From: a virus
Taxonomy: Duplodnaviria > Heunggongvirae > Uroviricota > Caudoviricetes
IMG/VR virus record: IMGVR_UViG_3300019867_000001
Coordinates: 1-29,243 of that record
Reading direction: 5' to 3' (one strand)
DNA length: 29,243 bases
Shown here: one piece after another, positions 13,847 to 24,900 of the stretch
Layout of the letters: each line of letters opens with the position of its first letter
Numbering within the stretch: the first letter of the stretch is position 1
The notes under the pieces: generated by a model
What the model saw: only the letters and a program-made list of their open reading frames with translations
The model's database searches: none
Told to the model about the DNA's origin: nothing
Translations under genes and position numbers: made by a program

Positions 13847-14034
13847 ATTATAGACTTTGAAATTATTCTACTTATTAAATTAATAGTCTTACTTACAGGT
13901 AGACTAATAATAGGTATTACAGAATTTATTGGAAGTATATTTATACTCTTAATTTCTTGATTTGGATTCATTGAAATTATTCTATTAGTTATACTCATCA
14001 CTCTAATCATTGGCAAATCAATTACTTTATCCAT
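13843..14034 (-). CDS. Ile-rich hypothetical protein (63 aa)
   Basis: Fills the gap exactly (1 nt after the upstream stop, ATGA overlap downstream). Confidence 0.5.
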   Translation of the reverse strand: MDKVIDLPMIRVMSITNRIISMNPNQEIKSINILPINSVIPIISLPVSKTINLISRIISKSII

Positions 14035-14035
14035 T

Positions 14036-14623
14036 TTAAGTAACCAAATTCGTTGGACTAAAAAGTATTTCTACTACACCTCGCATCGGTTTCCAGGTGC
14101 GTTGAAACACACCACCTGCAGGCTCTGTTACGCGTAATTCAAAGAAACCATAAACTGGAGTAATTGCTGTAGGTTGTACAGTCCAAGTTGCAGCTAAACT
14201 AAGTATAAATTGAATATATACTTTATTTGGTATATAGACTTCCCATAAAGGATCTGCATTAGGCAATGTAGCATTAATACGTGCAGTACCTGTAAGAAGT
14301 TTATAATAGGCACTTCCGTATAATACTACATCTTCTCTATTATAAGCAGTTCCAGCTGCCCATGTACCACGATCTGTTGGCACCCTAACTGTTAATGTAG
14401 TATTTACTCCACTTGTTCTTACAGTAGTAGGAATAGTTGCATCACCTGCAACATTGTTAGCTTCCATAATAACAGCTTCATAAGTGTATCCTACTCCTGC
14501 ATTAGTAACAAAATTGAGAGTAATTGGGAATTCTAATTGTTCTCCTTGCACAAAAGACCATAATACATTACCTGTATCTGACTGAAGATCAGATGTAATA
14601 ATTGAAATAGGGGTACGCGCCAT
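14036..14623 (-). CDS. Putative virion/baseplate accessory protein with CBM5/12-like motif (195 aa)
   Basis: Beta-rich; TWAAGTAYNREDVVLYGSAYY resembles the carbohydrate-binding W..G..Y..GD.V.Y.G..Y motif; follows the tail tip gene. Confidence 0.6.
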   Translation of the reverse strand: MARTPISIITSDLQSDTGNVLWSFVQGEQLEFPITLNFVTNAGVGYTYEAVIMEANNVAGDATIPTTVRTSGVNTTLTVRVPTDRGTWAAGTAYNREDVVLYGSAYYKLLTGTARINATLPNADPLWEVYIPNKVYIQFILSLAATWTVQPTAITPVYGFFELRVTEPAGGVFQRTWKPMRGVVEILFSPTNLVT

Positions 14624-14744
14624 AGTTGCCCTTAAAGTAATCTTTCTCGTTAAGTTACAGGGTATTTTAAATAAATAATCTAAGTTTTTATAGTAAATTG
14701 AATTATAAGTTTAAGATATTGCAATGAATTTAAAATTTGGTATA

Positions 14745-17700
14745 TTATAATAAATTAACTTCTGATAAGAAAAAACCATTTTTTAAAACTAAAGATCTAA
14801 CCCAAGCACGTGCATTATTTGTAACATCTAAATGTGAATAAACTTGAATTAAATCTCCTGCAGTTACAGAAAAATTTTCAGTATATGTCGTCCAATTTGT
14901 TGGTACATTTAAATCATCAGCGCCTCCAGATACAACAGAACGTTCGGTTCCAACTGCAGTTCCATTTTTATAAATTTTACCATATGCAGTTCTTGCAATT
15001 CCACCATTTGAAACACTACCTAAATCAAAAGAAACTGTAAGATTTCCTGTACGTGCTACAGAAATTTCTTTAATTTTTCCTGTAGTATAAGTAGTAACAG
15101 TTGTATACGCTGGAAGAGGAGAAGATGCTATTGGAATTGTGCCTGTAGTATACGCGCGATTGTCAGAAATATTACCCCTTATAACTAACCCTGCACCATC
15201 CCAAAGTAAATAATTTGCACTACTATCTCCAATAGAAAATTTAAATCCACTCGAATAACCTAAAAAGAAACCAGTTCCGCTATTATATCCTGTTTGCCCA
15301 CCTTTTATATAACCAGTAGAATCTATTGTAACTGTGCCCATATTTGAATTAATTGCTGATAAAGAAGTAGTAGTAATTTTTGTAGCATCAAGACTAATAA
15401 TTTTTGCAGAAGTAATACTAGCATCTGCAATTTTAGCAGTAGTAATATTAGCATCTGCAATTTTCACCGTTGTAATATTAGCATCTGCAATTTTCACCGT
15501 TGTAATATTAGCATCTGCAATTTTCGTCGTTGTAATATTAGCATCTGCTATCAATGCAGTAGTAACAGCTAAATTGGCAATTTTAGCAGTAGTAATATTA
15601 GAATCTGCAATTTTAGCAGTAGTAATTTGTGCATCTACAATATCCGCGGTCACTACATTTAACGCCCCAATTAATGCCCTAGGTATTGCCGCTTCTGCAA
15701 TATAAGTAGCAGCATTACCTAAAGTAATTTGAGCTAATGTAGCAAATGCACCAGCGCCAAGAGTACTTAAAGTTACATTACTATTAATAATTCCAGCAGG
15801 AGCATTTGCAAGACTAGTTTGGACTGCATTAATTGCTGCAGCAGTTACAGTACCGCCACCAGCGCCTGATAGAACACCAGCTGAACTAATAGCGATTTGA
15901 TTATTAAGAATAGCTGACGGGGCATTCGTTAGATCTGTCTTTACTGCACCAAGAGTAGTAGCTGTAATGTTACTATTAAGAATAGTTGATGGTGCATTCG
16001 TTAGATCTGTTTTAACTGCACCAAGAGTAGTAGCTGTAACGTTACTATTAAGGATTGCTGCTGCATAACTTCCACCAGAACTCAGCAATATGTTGCCTGC
16101 TAAATCCTTAATTGTAATATTATGTGCAGTAATACCAGTATTATCAATATTCCAACCAGTATGCGCAGAGTCATTCCAATTACTACTTTTTACAAAACCT
16201 GATGCCCCGACTGAAATGCCTCCCGCAGTGATCGTTGCTGCGTCGAGATTCCCGGCAAAGGAACCCACAGCAGCGTTAAGAGTACCTCCAAAAGAGGCAT
16301 TACCATCCGTATCGACCGTAAAAGTGTAGACCCATGCACCACCGACTCGTTTTCTGCCAAGTATTCCACTGTTGGTTATAGCTACGCCACCAAGACCGTT
16401 TGTAGCTACATTATAATTACTTGTAGTTAATTCTGTATTACTTGATAATATAGTAGATGCACCATTTGTAAGTTTACTAGTCAATCCACTAAAAGCAGCA
16501 TCTGCTTGCGTTTGTGCTGCTGCTGCAAATACTTTAGCATTTGCTGATATTTTATTTAATAATGCCTGTCTAGAAGTATAAACATCTGTAAATTTAGTTC
16601 TAAAAGTAGTACCTATTATCGTAGTCTTATCAGTTAAATTTGACCATAAAACTGGAGAAGTTAATGTTGCTAAGTAAGTAGTTAAAGCACTAATTGCATC
16701 ATCATAAATAGTCTTTTCAGTGGTTATACTATAAGCTGTCGCCTGAGTATCAATTCCACTCTGTTCTGTAAGAATTACAGTGTTATCCTGAATTATCGCT
16801 GGTTTCTCATCAGGCGTTAATAAACTATCAGAAATAATATCTGCGATTGAAGTATTAGCAGTATCAGCAGTATCTTGTGCTATAGCAACATCTATTAACG
16901 CTTGACTTGCTTCGGCAGCTGCAGTTGAGATTACTTCAGCATAAGTTGAATCCATTAAAGCTTCAGTAATAATACCTGATTGCAATTCAGCACTGCCGAT
17001 CTTACTTATAGTAAGAGTATTGTTTCTATAAGCATCTGAAGCTATCTCATCTTTAGTTACATACTTAAGCCAAATATATAAAGGATTGGAATCTAATGGT
17101 GCAACAAAAGATCCAGATACCCCAAAGATATCGGCATACTTTTGAGTTGTTACATCATCGATATCATCAATTTTAGAAGCATATACCTCTGTTTTTAAAT
17201 GACCATGTCCTACTGTATAATCCAATGTATCATTAATTATAATAAATACTGTGCTATAATCATGAGTTATATCTATATCAACAGGCGGATCTGGTGGCGT
17301 TATATCTCTTATGTAACCAAGTTTAATAGCACTTACTTGTATAGATTGGTAGTAATCAAATGTATCTGCATGTGCTTTCAAGACAGCACTACCTAAATCA
17401 CCTACTAAAGCTGAAATTTCAAAATGACCAGCAGCTCCAGTAAATGTAACAGTGCAATTAGTAGATATTACTGAAAATATCATATCTTCAGTATGATCAA
17501 CGCCTTCTACAATTACCTTCATATCACCACTAGCAGTACCAAAATTATTACCGAGATCATCTTGTTTAATACCAAAAGTGCTAGCAGAAATTATAGAGTA
17601 ATTTATTGTTGTTATATCATCTTCAACTATTAAAATTGGAAGGCTCCATGATATTGCTGAATCTTCTGTTTGGCCTAATTCTAAATTGATTAATGCAATT

Positions 17701-20171
17701 GAAGATGTAATATATAATGGATCATTTCCTAATGGTGGTAAAACTGACCAACTAGTTGGTGGAGTTAAGATAGTATTTATATTATAAGAACCACCAGTAG
17801 GTGGATCCGCTATCAGTGTAGCAGATCTTTTAAATACTTGCACTTGTGTAAATAAAACTCGATTTATTACTTTTAATGGTATCCCAATAGTTAATGCTGG
17901 CCAAAAATCTCTTTGTGCTGATAGCAAACCACTCATTGCAACTACTGTAATTGTATAGCTACCACCAATTTGATCTGATAAATAGAAATAATCATTCACT
18001 GTTCTACCAATTTCAGTCCAAGTCGTATCTGCATTAATTTTTGAAATTGGAATATTAGTAATTTTAATACTATATTCTTTTACGCGAGTATCAGAGGATT
18101 TTGTAAAAGTTAATTTACCAGATGGAGAACCAGTAACATAATTTAAATTAGAGGCTTGTGCGAGATTTAAATTAAATAAATTATGTATTACAGGTAATTC
18201 ATTATCTTTAACATTCCATGCAAGCATATTTGCATCAAATTTCATTGCTGTTATTTTTACAATACCGCTATCAGCTTTTACTTCATCAATTCTTAGTATT
18301 TCATTTGGAATATTTAAAATTTCAGAATTTACTCTTATAAAATCACCAGGCTCTAAATGTATAAAATCACGATTTAAATTTAAAGTATATGTAATTGTAT
18401 CTCTACTCATTCTAACTGTTTGTTCAGCTTTTGCTAATGCATGATATCTATCAGTAGTACCTGTTGCAAATATTTCAGATTCAAGAAGTACACCGCTATC
18501 TTGTGCCAAGTATGTAGCGTATATATCAAGAATTGCAGTACCACTTCCTATTTCACTTCCAGTCGATACAAATAAAGTACTTACTATTCCAATAGAAGGA
18601 GAACCTGAAGTTATAACTTTATAAGTATAACCTGCAATAAATTGATTAGTAGCTAAAACATTACTACCACCTTCAATATAATTCAGAACTACTGGATGTT
18701 TAGGAGGCCAAGCAACTGTATCTTCAGCAAAGTTTTTAGATTCATTTAAAAATCTTACTGTAACAAAATTTAATTTAGCTTGAGCATTTGGCCATGAAAT
18801 AACTGTTTCATTTTCTCTTATAATATCACTATCAGTTATTGTATCGCCAGCAAATATAATATCATCATTTGTAGCAGGATACTGCAGATTTATTTTATAT
18901 TTACCACCTGACCAAATTAACTTGGCAAAATCCATTGTTTCAAGTATTGATTCAATATTATCTCTAATTTTCTTACTTGAATCAAGTGCCAAATTACATT
19001 CATAACGTGCAATACTTCTTGTACCGCCTTTAGCTTTCCATAATTTACCTTCTAGCTCTACAGTAGACATTACGACTTGATCACAAATTACTTTTGCATT
19101 ATAAAATGAAGGTAAATCTATATCTTCTTGTGTTAAGCCTTTACCATAAATAGGATTCATTAAATAATCTAATAAAACTAAAATTGGATTATTGCTATAT
19201 ATCTTTTCAACTGCAAGACTAGTTCCTGGAGGACTAATATTAAGAACCTTCATTCCTTCTATAAAGAACTGCGCAGTAGGTGTTCCTTGATATTGTGGTG
19301 CATCTCTATTAAAGTTATAAATACATGTAGCATAGGCAGTATTAGTAAATACAGCAGTACTTGCAACCCCGTTTGCAGTAGCTAGAGGATCTGCTACATT
19401 TCCACTAGCACAAATATGTACAATAATACCATCACGAAATGGTATAGTTAAAGGTATACCACTATATATTGCATATAAAGCTGGTAACTCAAAAACTGGA
19501 CCATCTACAGTGTAGCTATACTTACCTTGTATATTTACCAAAGCTTCTGAAACTCTAAAAATACGGTAAGAGTGATTAATAATATCTAATTGATCATAAT
19601 TTGTGGAACCGATTTTATGTAATACATATGTATTTGTAGTTAAATCGAAACCAACTTCATCACCGTCTTCTATAATTTGATTATGTGCATCAGTATACTC
19701 ACCTCTAAAAGTCTTTCCATCAATTTGTAAATCATAACATTGATTTATTCCAGCAAATCCTAAACATTGCTGAGTTGTTAAGAATTGATGATGGTCTCCT
19801 CCATGACTTTGACCTAAAGCCATAAGACCATCTTCACGTTTCTGATTAAAGACTTGTATTCCAGATGCATCTACATAATAATACACGCTTGAAGTATTAT
19901 GATAAACTCTAATGCCACCAACTAAATTTCTACCATAAATAACATTTAAAGGAGCAATTTCACCATCAAGAACTGCTTGAATTCCTTTTGCTTCATCAGC
20001 TTTTTCCTGAGCGGCTTTACGGGCAGCTGCAGCTGCTTGCTGTTGATAAACCATAGAAGCAGCCATAATTACATAACTTCCAATTGTTGCCCAAGCTGCA
20101 TTAACAGCAACAGTACCGTAAACAGCTGCACCTGCCCAAACAGTCTCAATTGCAGTAAATAAGCTAACCAT
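14745..20171 (-). CDS. Tail tip / central tail fibre, host-specificity protein J-like (1808 aa)
   Basis: N-terminal PLNVIYGRNLVGG, YSNNPILVLLDYLMNPIYGKGL, RYECN and LEPGDFIRV tail-tip motifs, FN3-like region, LLTPDEK helical stalk and repeat-rich C-terminus. Confidence 0.88.
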   Translation of the reverse strand: MVSLFTAIETVWAGAAVYGTVAVNAAWATIGSYVIMAASMVYQQQAAAAARKAAQEKADEAKGIQAVLDGEIAPLNVIYGRNLVGGIRVYHNTSSVYYYVDASGIQVFNQKREDGLMALGQSHGGDHHQFLTTQQCLGFAGINQCYDLQIDGKTFRGEYTDAHNQIIEDGDEVGFDLTTNTYVLHKIGSTNYDQLDIINHSYRIFRVSEALVNIQGKYSYTVDGPVFELPALYAIYSGIPLTIPFRDGIIVHICASGNVADPLATANGVASTAVFTNTAYATCIYNFNRDAPQYQGTPTAQFFIEGMKVLNISPPGTSLAVEKIYSNNPILVLLDYLMNPIYGKGLTQEDIDLPSFYNAKVICDQVVMSTVELEGKLWKAKGGTRSIARYECNLALDSSKKIRDNIESILETMDFAKLIWSGGKYKINLQYPATNDDIIFAGDTITDSDIIRENETVISWPNAQAKLNFVTVRFLNESKNFAEDTVAWPPKHPVVLNYIEGGSNVLATNQFIAGYTYKVITSGSPSIGIVSTLFVSTGSEIGSGTAILDIYATYLAQDSGVLLESEIFATGTTDRYHALAKAEQTVRMSRDTITYTLNLNRDFIHLEPGDFIRVNSEILNIPNEILRIDEVKADSGIVKITAMKFDANMLAWNVKDNELPVIHNLFNLNLAQASNLNYVTGSPSGKLTFTKSSDTRVKEYSIKITNIPISKINADTTWTEIGRTVNDYFYLSDQIGGSYTITVVAMSGLLSAQRDFWPALTIGIPLKVINRVLFTQVQVFKRSATLIADPPTGGSYNINTILTPPTSWSVLPPLGNDPLYITSSIALINLELGQTEDSAISWSLPILIVEDDITTINYSIISASTFGIKQDDLGNNFGTASGDMKVIVEGVDHTEDMIFSVISTNCTVTFTGAAGHFEISALVGDLGSAVLKAHADTFDYYQSIQVSAIKLGYIRDITPPDPPVDIDITHDYSTVFIIINDTLDYTVGHGHLKTEVYASKIDDIDDVTTQKYADIFGVSGSFVAPLDSNPLYIWLKYVTKDEIASDAYRNNTLTISKIGSAELQSGIITEALMDSTYAEVISTAAAEASQALIDVAIAQDTADTANTSIADIISDSLLTPDEKPAIIQDNTVILTEQSGIDTQATAYSITTEKTIYDDAISALTTYLATLTSPVLWSNLTDKTTIIGTTFRTKFTDVYTSRQALLNKISANAKVFAAAAQTQADAAFSGLTSKLTNGASTILSSNTELTTSNYNVATNGLGGVAITNSGILGRKRVGGAWVYTFTVDTDGNASFGGTLNAAVGSFAGNLDAATITAGGISVGASGFVKSSNWNDSAHTGWNIDNTGITAHNITIKDLAGNILLSSGGSYAAAILNSNVTATTLGAVKTDLTNAPSTILNSNITATTLGAVKTDLTNAPSAILNNQIAISSAGVLSGAGGGTVTAAAINAVQTSLANAPAGIINSNVTLSTLGAGAFATLAQITLGNAATYIAEAAIPRALIGALNVVTADIVDAQITTAKIADSNITTAKIANLAVTTALIADANITTTKIADANITTVKIADANITTVKIADANITTAKIADASITSAKIISLDATKITTTSLSAINSNMGTVTIDSTGYIKGGQTGYNSGTGFFLGYSSGFKFSIGDSSANYLLWDGAGLVIRGNISDNRAYTTGTIPIASSPLPAYTTVTTYTTGKIKEISVARTGNLTVSFDLGSVSNGGIARTAYGKIYKNGTAVGTERSVVSGGADDLNVPTNWTTYTENFSVTAGDLIQVYSHLDVTNNARAWVRSLVLKNGFFLSEVNLL
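15391..15660 (-). repeat. 30-bp tandem repeats encoding ITTAKIADAN-type decapeptides
   Basis: About 9 units; 15451-15480 and 15481-15510 are identical 30-mers. Confidence 0.9.
15901..16060 (-). repeat. 72-bp (24-aa) tandem repeat, ILNSN(V/I)TATTLGAVKTDLTNAPS
   Basis: Two complete copies plus degenerate flanks within the fibre gene. Confidence 0.85.
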
Positions 20172-20172
20172 A

Positions 20173-20670
20173 TTAATTCCTTAAGAGATTCTTTTTAAAA
20201 TCAAGATACTCGCCATAATACCTAAATGTTAGAAATTCTGTTATTTCATCTTGATTATAATTTTCAACATCTCTAATTCCATAAGCGCATAACCAATGAA
20301 CATCAGTATGTGCATAACCAGCTCGCTTCATTCCGGGTTTTACTTCAGTAATAGACGGACCACGAACTTCATGAACACCATTAAAAGGTGTCCATAATGT
20401 CATATGCCCACTAATCAGAATACTTACATGTTCAAATTTTTGTATTAAACCAGTAGCAATAGTGCCCTGCTTAAAGAATATTTCTTTAACACAAAGATCT
20501 TTACCAAAATAGTAATTAGGTTTGATATCTAATTGAGGTTCCCTTAGCATTAATTGCTCAAGTTGCTCAATTTTGCTTATATCTACTTTTTCATTTCTAA
20601 AGATTTGAATTAAAGCATTACTACTTTTTAATGTTTCTTTTCTAGGAAAATTAAACATTATCTTCCCCAT
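20173..20670 (-). CDS. Cupin-like beta-barrel protein in the tail-tip operon (165 aa)
   Basis: CVKEIFFKQGTIATGLIQKFEHVSILISG..VKPGMKRAGYAHTDVHW resembles a widespread phage cupin-like family. Confidence 0.55.
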   Translation of the reverse strand: MGKIMFNFPRKETLKSSNALIQIFRNEKVDISKIEQLEQLMLREPQLDIKPNYYFGKDLCVKEIFFKQGTIATGLIQKFEHVSILISGHMTLWTPFNGVHEVRGPSITEVKPGMKRAGYAHTDVHWLCAYGIRDVENYNQDEITEFLTFRYYGEYLDFKKNLLRN

Positions 20671-21260
20671 AATCTAGAGACTTGCCTAGAGCCTTCATTT
20701 ATCTGATTAAATGCTGTATCAGCAGGATTTATTTCTTGCATAGCTTCACGAGATGTATAGAAACCACGAGTTAAATCTAAAGCTGCCATTGGACTTGAAC
20801 ATTCTAAGGCTACAACAATTTTACCCTGTGATGGTTCTAATGTATATCCAGTAGTATCTATTATCCCTTTATATGCGATAATTATATCATCTGAATTTAA
20901 ATAAGGAAAACCAGGTTGTACTGATCCATATATAGTATCTAGAGAATTAAATAATACTACAAATACAGTTACTTTTGCACCAACTAAACCTTTTTCAAGT
21001 AAAGTTCTTAATTCAAAATTTTGATCTAAATATACAATTTTATATGTTTCTCTATCAACTACAGAAGATAATCGAGGTGCTTCTACTGTTACTAATCCAT
21101 CTCCTGCTTTATAAACTTTATTCTCAATTGTAATATCATATGGTGCAGTTGTACTGTATTTATCTAGTACTGAAGTATTAGTTAAAATTTTTACACAATA
21201 AGCTAAAATTACATTATTTTGTGCAAGCATATATTTTGCATTTAAGCCAAAATTACGCAT
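20658..21260 (-). CDS. Minor tail / tail-tip assembly protein (gpL/DUF2163-like, 200 aa)
   Basis: Position between distal tail and tail tip genes; IAYKGIID..LECSSPMAALD..DTAFNQI..LWG pattern. Confidence 0.7.
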   Translation of the reverse strand: MRNFGLNAKYMLAQNNVILAYCVKILTNTSVLDKYSTTAPYDITIENKVYKAGDGLVTVEAPRLSSVVDRETYKIVYLDQNFELRTLLEKGLVGAKVTVFVVLFNSLDTIYGSVQPGFPYLNSDDIIIAYKGIIDTTGYTLEPSQGKIVVALECSSPMAALDLTRGFYTSREAMQEINPADTAFNQINEGSRQVSRLWGR

Positions 21261-21919
21261 TATATACTCTCTAAAAATTTAATACTACCAGGGTTACTCA
21301 TAATACCATCAATATATGTAATACCAAGTTTTACACTTGGATCATAGTAGGCTTTAAAAGTAACCCTATCACCTGTAACAAGTTTTTCAGTATTAATAAC
21401 ATCTTTTTGTAATGGTGGTGAAATTCTAATCCCAACTCCATTAACACCACCATTAACTACAAGATATACTTTTGAATGATTCTCAAATTTAATAAATTCA
21501 CCAACCCAAAGATTAGATGCATTTCGTATATTTAAGGCATCAATTCCTGAAATATATTTCTGTCCAGTTTGTGCAGCTGCATCTACTTCGATATAAATTG
21601 AGGTAGAATGTTTATTTCCATAAACCTGCGGCATTCTGATATAGAATTCTTCACTGTATCCATTTAAAACACTATGCACAAGAAAATTAGAATCGTTATT
21701 TGACGGCATGATATTAGCTTCAATTTCCCATCTTTGAATATTTTGTCCACCGACTCTACGCTTTAAATTCATCATGTCTTGTGCATATGCTGGTTGATTA
21801 CTTATAACAGATAACGGTGCTGTAAAAATACATTGCAATTCAGAATCTATTCCAGTATTAGTAGAACCTTTTAAAATACCATACATAACAACTCCTAAAA
21901 TAAGAACCATAGTATGCAT
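21260..21919 (-). CDS. Distal tail protein-like (219 aa)
   Basis: Immediately follows the tape measure gene; QRWEIEA, MPQ, GEFIKFENHSKVYLV and ISPPLQ motifs. Confidence 0.7.
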   Translation of the reverse strand: MHTMVLILGVVMYGILKGSTNTGIDSELQCIFTAPLSVISNQPAYAQDMMNLKRRVGGQNIQRWEIEANIMPSNNDSNFLVHSVLNGYSEEFYIRMPQVYGNKHSTSIYIEVDAAAQTGQKYISGIDALNIRNASNLWVGEFIKFENHSKVYLVVNGGVNGVGIRISPPLQKDVINTEKLVTGDRVTFKAYYDPSVKLGITYIDGIMSNPGSIKFLESI

Positions 21920-21927
21920 GGTTTTAA

Positions 21928-24900
21928 TTATCTATTACCTCTTTCTTTGTTATGCGCATTCACACCAACAGCAATATTCGGAATCATTCTTTGTATTTCA
22001 GAACGAGTCTGACGGCTTATATCACCTGTGATATTTATATTGAATACTTGTTGATTGCTTGTTTTATCTTGAAGTGATAAACTCATAGCATCACTACTTG
22101 CTAAAACTGAACCGCCTGTTGCATATTTACCTAATCGGTTATTATTTATAGCTTCCAATAAACCTCTATGTTTAAATGCAGCTTTTGCATTTATTATAAA
22201 TTCATTATTAGATACCATTATAGGAATACTATCAGAAGTACCAGTACCTGGTCCTTGGATAGCACCGCCTTCAGCTGCACCAGTACCCATAAACTTTGCA
22301 ATTACTCCAACGGAGCTTATAGTACTTGCCACTGCATTTACACCACTTAAAACATTACCAATTAAACTGTTACCAAATAAACTAGATAAATTCCCTAAAG
22401 CACCTGTAGCTTTTTTAGCTTCATCTAATTGTCTAGATTGAATATGTTCAGAATCTTTAATAGCAGTAACAGTAGCTTCACCAGAATCTTCAATAGGCGT
22501 GGCAATATCTGTTTCAGTATAATCACTTACTGCTGATGGATTATTTGTCTCAGTATATGTTTGATAATTTGAAGGACCGCTTGAACTTGTTACACCTGAT
22601 ATTCTTAGAATACTATCCTTTAAACTCTCAAGTGCAGTTATTAATTTATTATTTGATGCAACTAATAATTGTTTTTCGTCAGGACCACCAAGTAATGTTC
22701 CAATTAATGAATTAGCACCACCACTAAATAAGGTACTACCTATACTTTTAAATAACGTATCTAAAATACCTGTTGGTTTAAAAAGCGTACTAACCATGCC
22801 ATCTATATAAGTATCTGTAATTTTCTTAACAAAAGTATTACCAAGTTTATGAGAGATACTCAGTACCTTTTGCCAAGTAGATTCTCCACTTTGAATTGAA
22901 TCTTTAAATGCAGTTGAAAAAGCCTCACTCATAGAACTAGCAAAAGATTCACCAGCTTTATATGATTGGAGTTCTTGAGGCCTCATTGTTAATAATTTAA
23001 CTTTATAAACTACTCCTTCTTCTAATGCGTCAAATTCAGCTTGTGCAGCTATTCGTGCAGCTTCACTAATCACTAATCCTGGAGTATTTAAATCTCCTGA
23101 AATTTTCTTCATTCGATTTAGATCTGGTTTAAGTTTTTCAAGTGAACTTGCACTAATTAAATTAGCTGCTGCCTTATCTACAGAAATACCTGCTTGATTA
23201 AATATATCAACTATATTAGTATTATAAGTTCTTCCTGCTTTCATTAGTTTTCTAGCTTCTTCTAGCCTTGCTACTTGAGCAGCATTAGCTTCTTTTCCTG
23301 CTTCACTTGATTGTCCTTCAACCCCCATTTTAGTAAGCACTTCTGTAGCATCTCTATACTCATCAGCAAGTTGACCTAAGCGTATTTTTGCAGAAACAGA
23401 TAATACTGCAAATTCATTTCCTTGAATATTTAAATCTCCAAATGCACTTGTAATTGCTGATAATTTATTAGTATAATTTTCTAATTTAAGATTCTCTAAA
23501 AATGCATCATATTTTTTAGCTCTTAATTGTACTGCAAGAAAGAATTTAGCATCTGCTGATAAATCTTTCATGTTTAAATATGTATTTAACACATTTATTT
23601 CATCTGCTAATTGAGTATAACTTTCAATTGTTTCTGGCTTTAGTCTAAAATACGTATTAAGATCAATTGTTAAACCAGCAGAACTAAAATCTTGTAAACG
23701 TTCATTAAAAGATAAATTACGATACTTAAGAGTCTGCTCAGTCATATTCTTTTCAATTGCTATAACTCTTAATGCATAAGCTCTCAATTGTTCTTCAGGA
23801 AGCTTTAAAGAATCTTTTTCACCTAGTATCTGCTGAATTTTAGCATACTCTTCCGCTTCTAAAATCATATTCTTAAAATCAGGAGATGAAATTCTTGATA
23901 TATCTTTAATATTAAATTGTGCACCAGCAGTACCTATAGCTTGAAGCATATCTGTAGCTGACCATCTTTTCATTTCTAACGACCGTCTTGCATTTGCTCT
24001 TTTTGTTTCATCTGCATCTTGAGATTGCTTCTTTCTTATCTCAGGATCAACTTCCCTTGAACCTAAATGAGCTAATTTACGTTGTACTTCAGCTAATTCA
24101 TCTGTTTTCTTGATCAAATTATTTAATTCAGTAGCGTCATATTTATACCAATCTTCAAAATTTATTTCTAATCCATAAGTACTCAATTGACTTAAAGAGT
24201 CACTAAATGATTTTATAGGCGGAATGCTTTCTTGAAGTCTTCTTTCAAAACGATACACATCAGTTGCAGCTTTAACATATGCTGCTGTTGGATCTGCCAC
24301 TGGATGCATTTTCTTATACTCAGAACTTACAGCGGCAGTACCAGGTGGTATTGAGGAAACGCCTAATTCAGTAGCTTTTAAAGCATCTTTAGCTTTATTC
24401 AATTCTTGCATCATTAAATCACGGGCTTTAAGACCTCTAACACCGATTGCTGCAATAGTTGCAGGTGATATATCTGTTCCTGTTAAATCAGCTAATGAGA
24501 GTATTCGAATTATATCATTTGAATTTTTATGAATTTTATCTTTCAATTCGTTTTGTTTATCCAAAACCATTTTAGATGCATTTGCAAAACCAGATCTAAA
24601 TAATTCCAAGTCAGTTGGTTTTAAGAAAGGCAAATATTCTTTAGTAGCTAGAATGAAATTCTTTGATGCAGCTTGTAACTTTTCAAATTCAGCTAATTCC
24701 TTTCTAATATCCATGGAAGCAAAATCAGTGGGTAAACTACGTATTACATCTGGTTTAACTGGAAAACTAACACGCTCTGCGACTTTTGCTGCAGCATCCT
24801 GTGGTGAATACCTATTCTTTTCAGCTGTTTGTATAGCTTCAATATTAATTAATGCTTTTGTAACTTCTGAAGCATTTATGTCTTTAATTCTTTCTACGAA

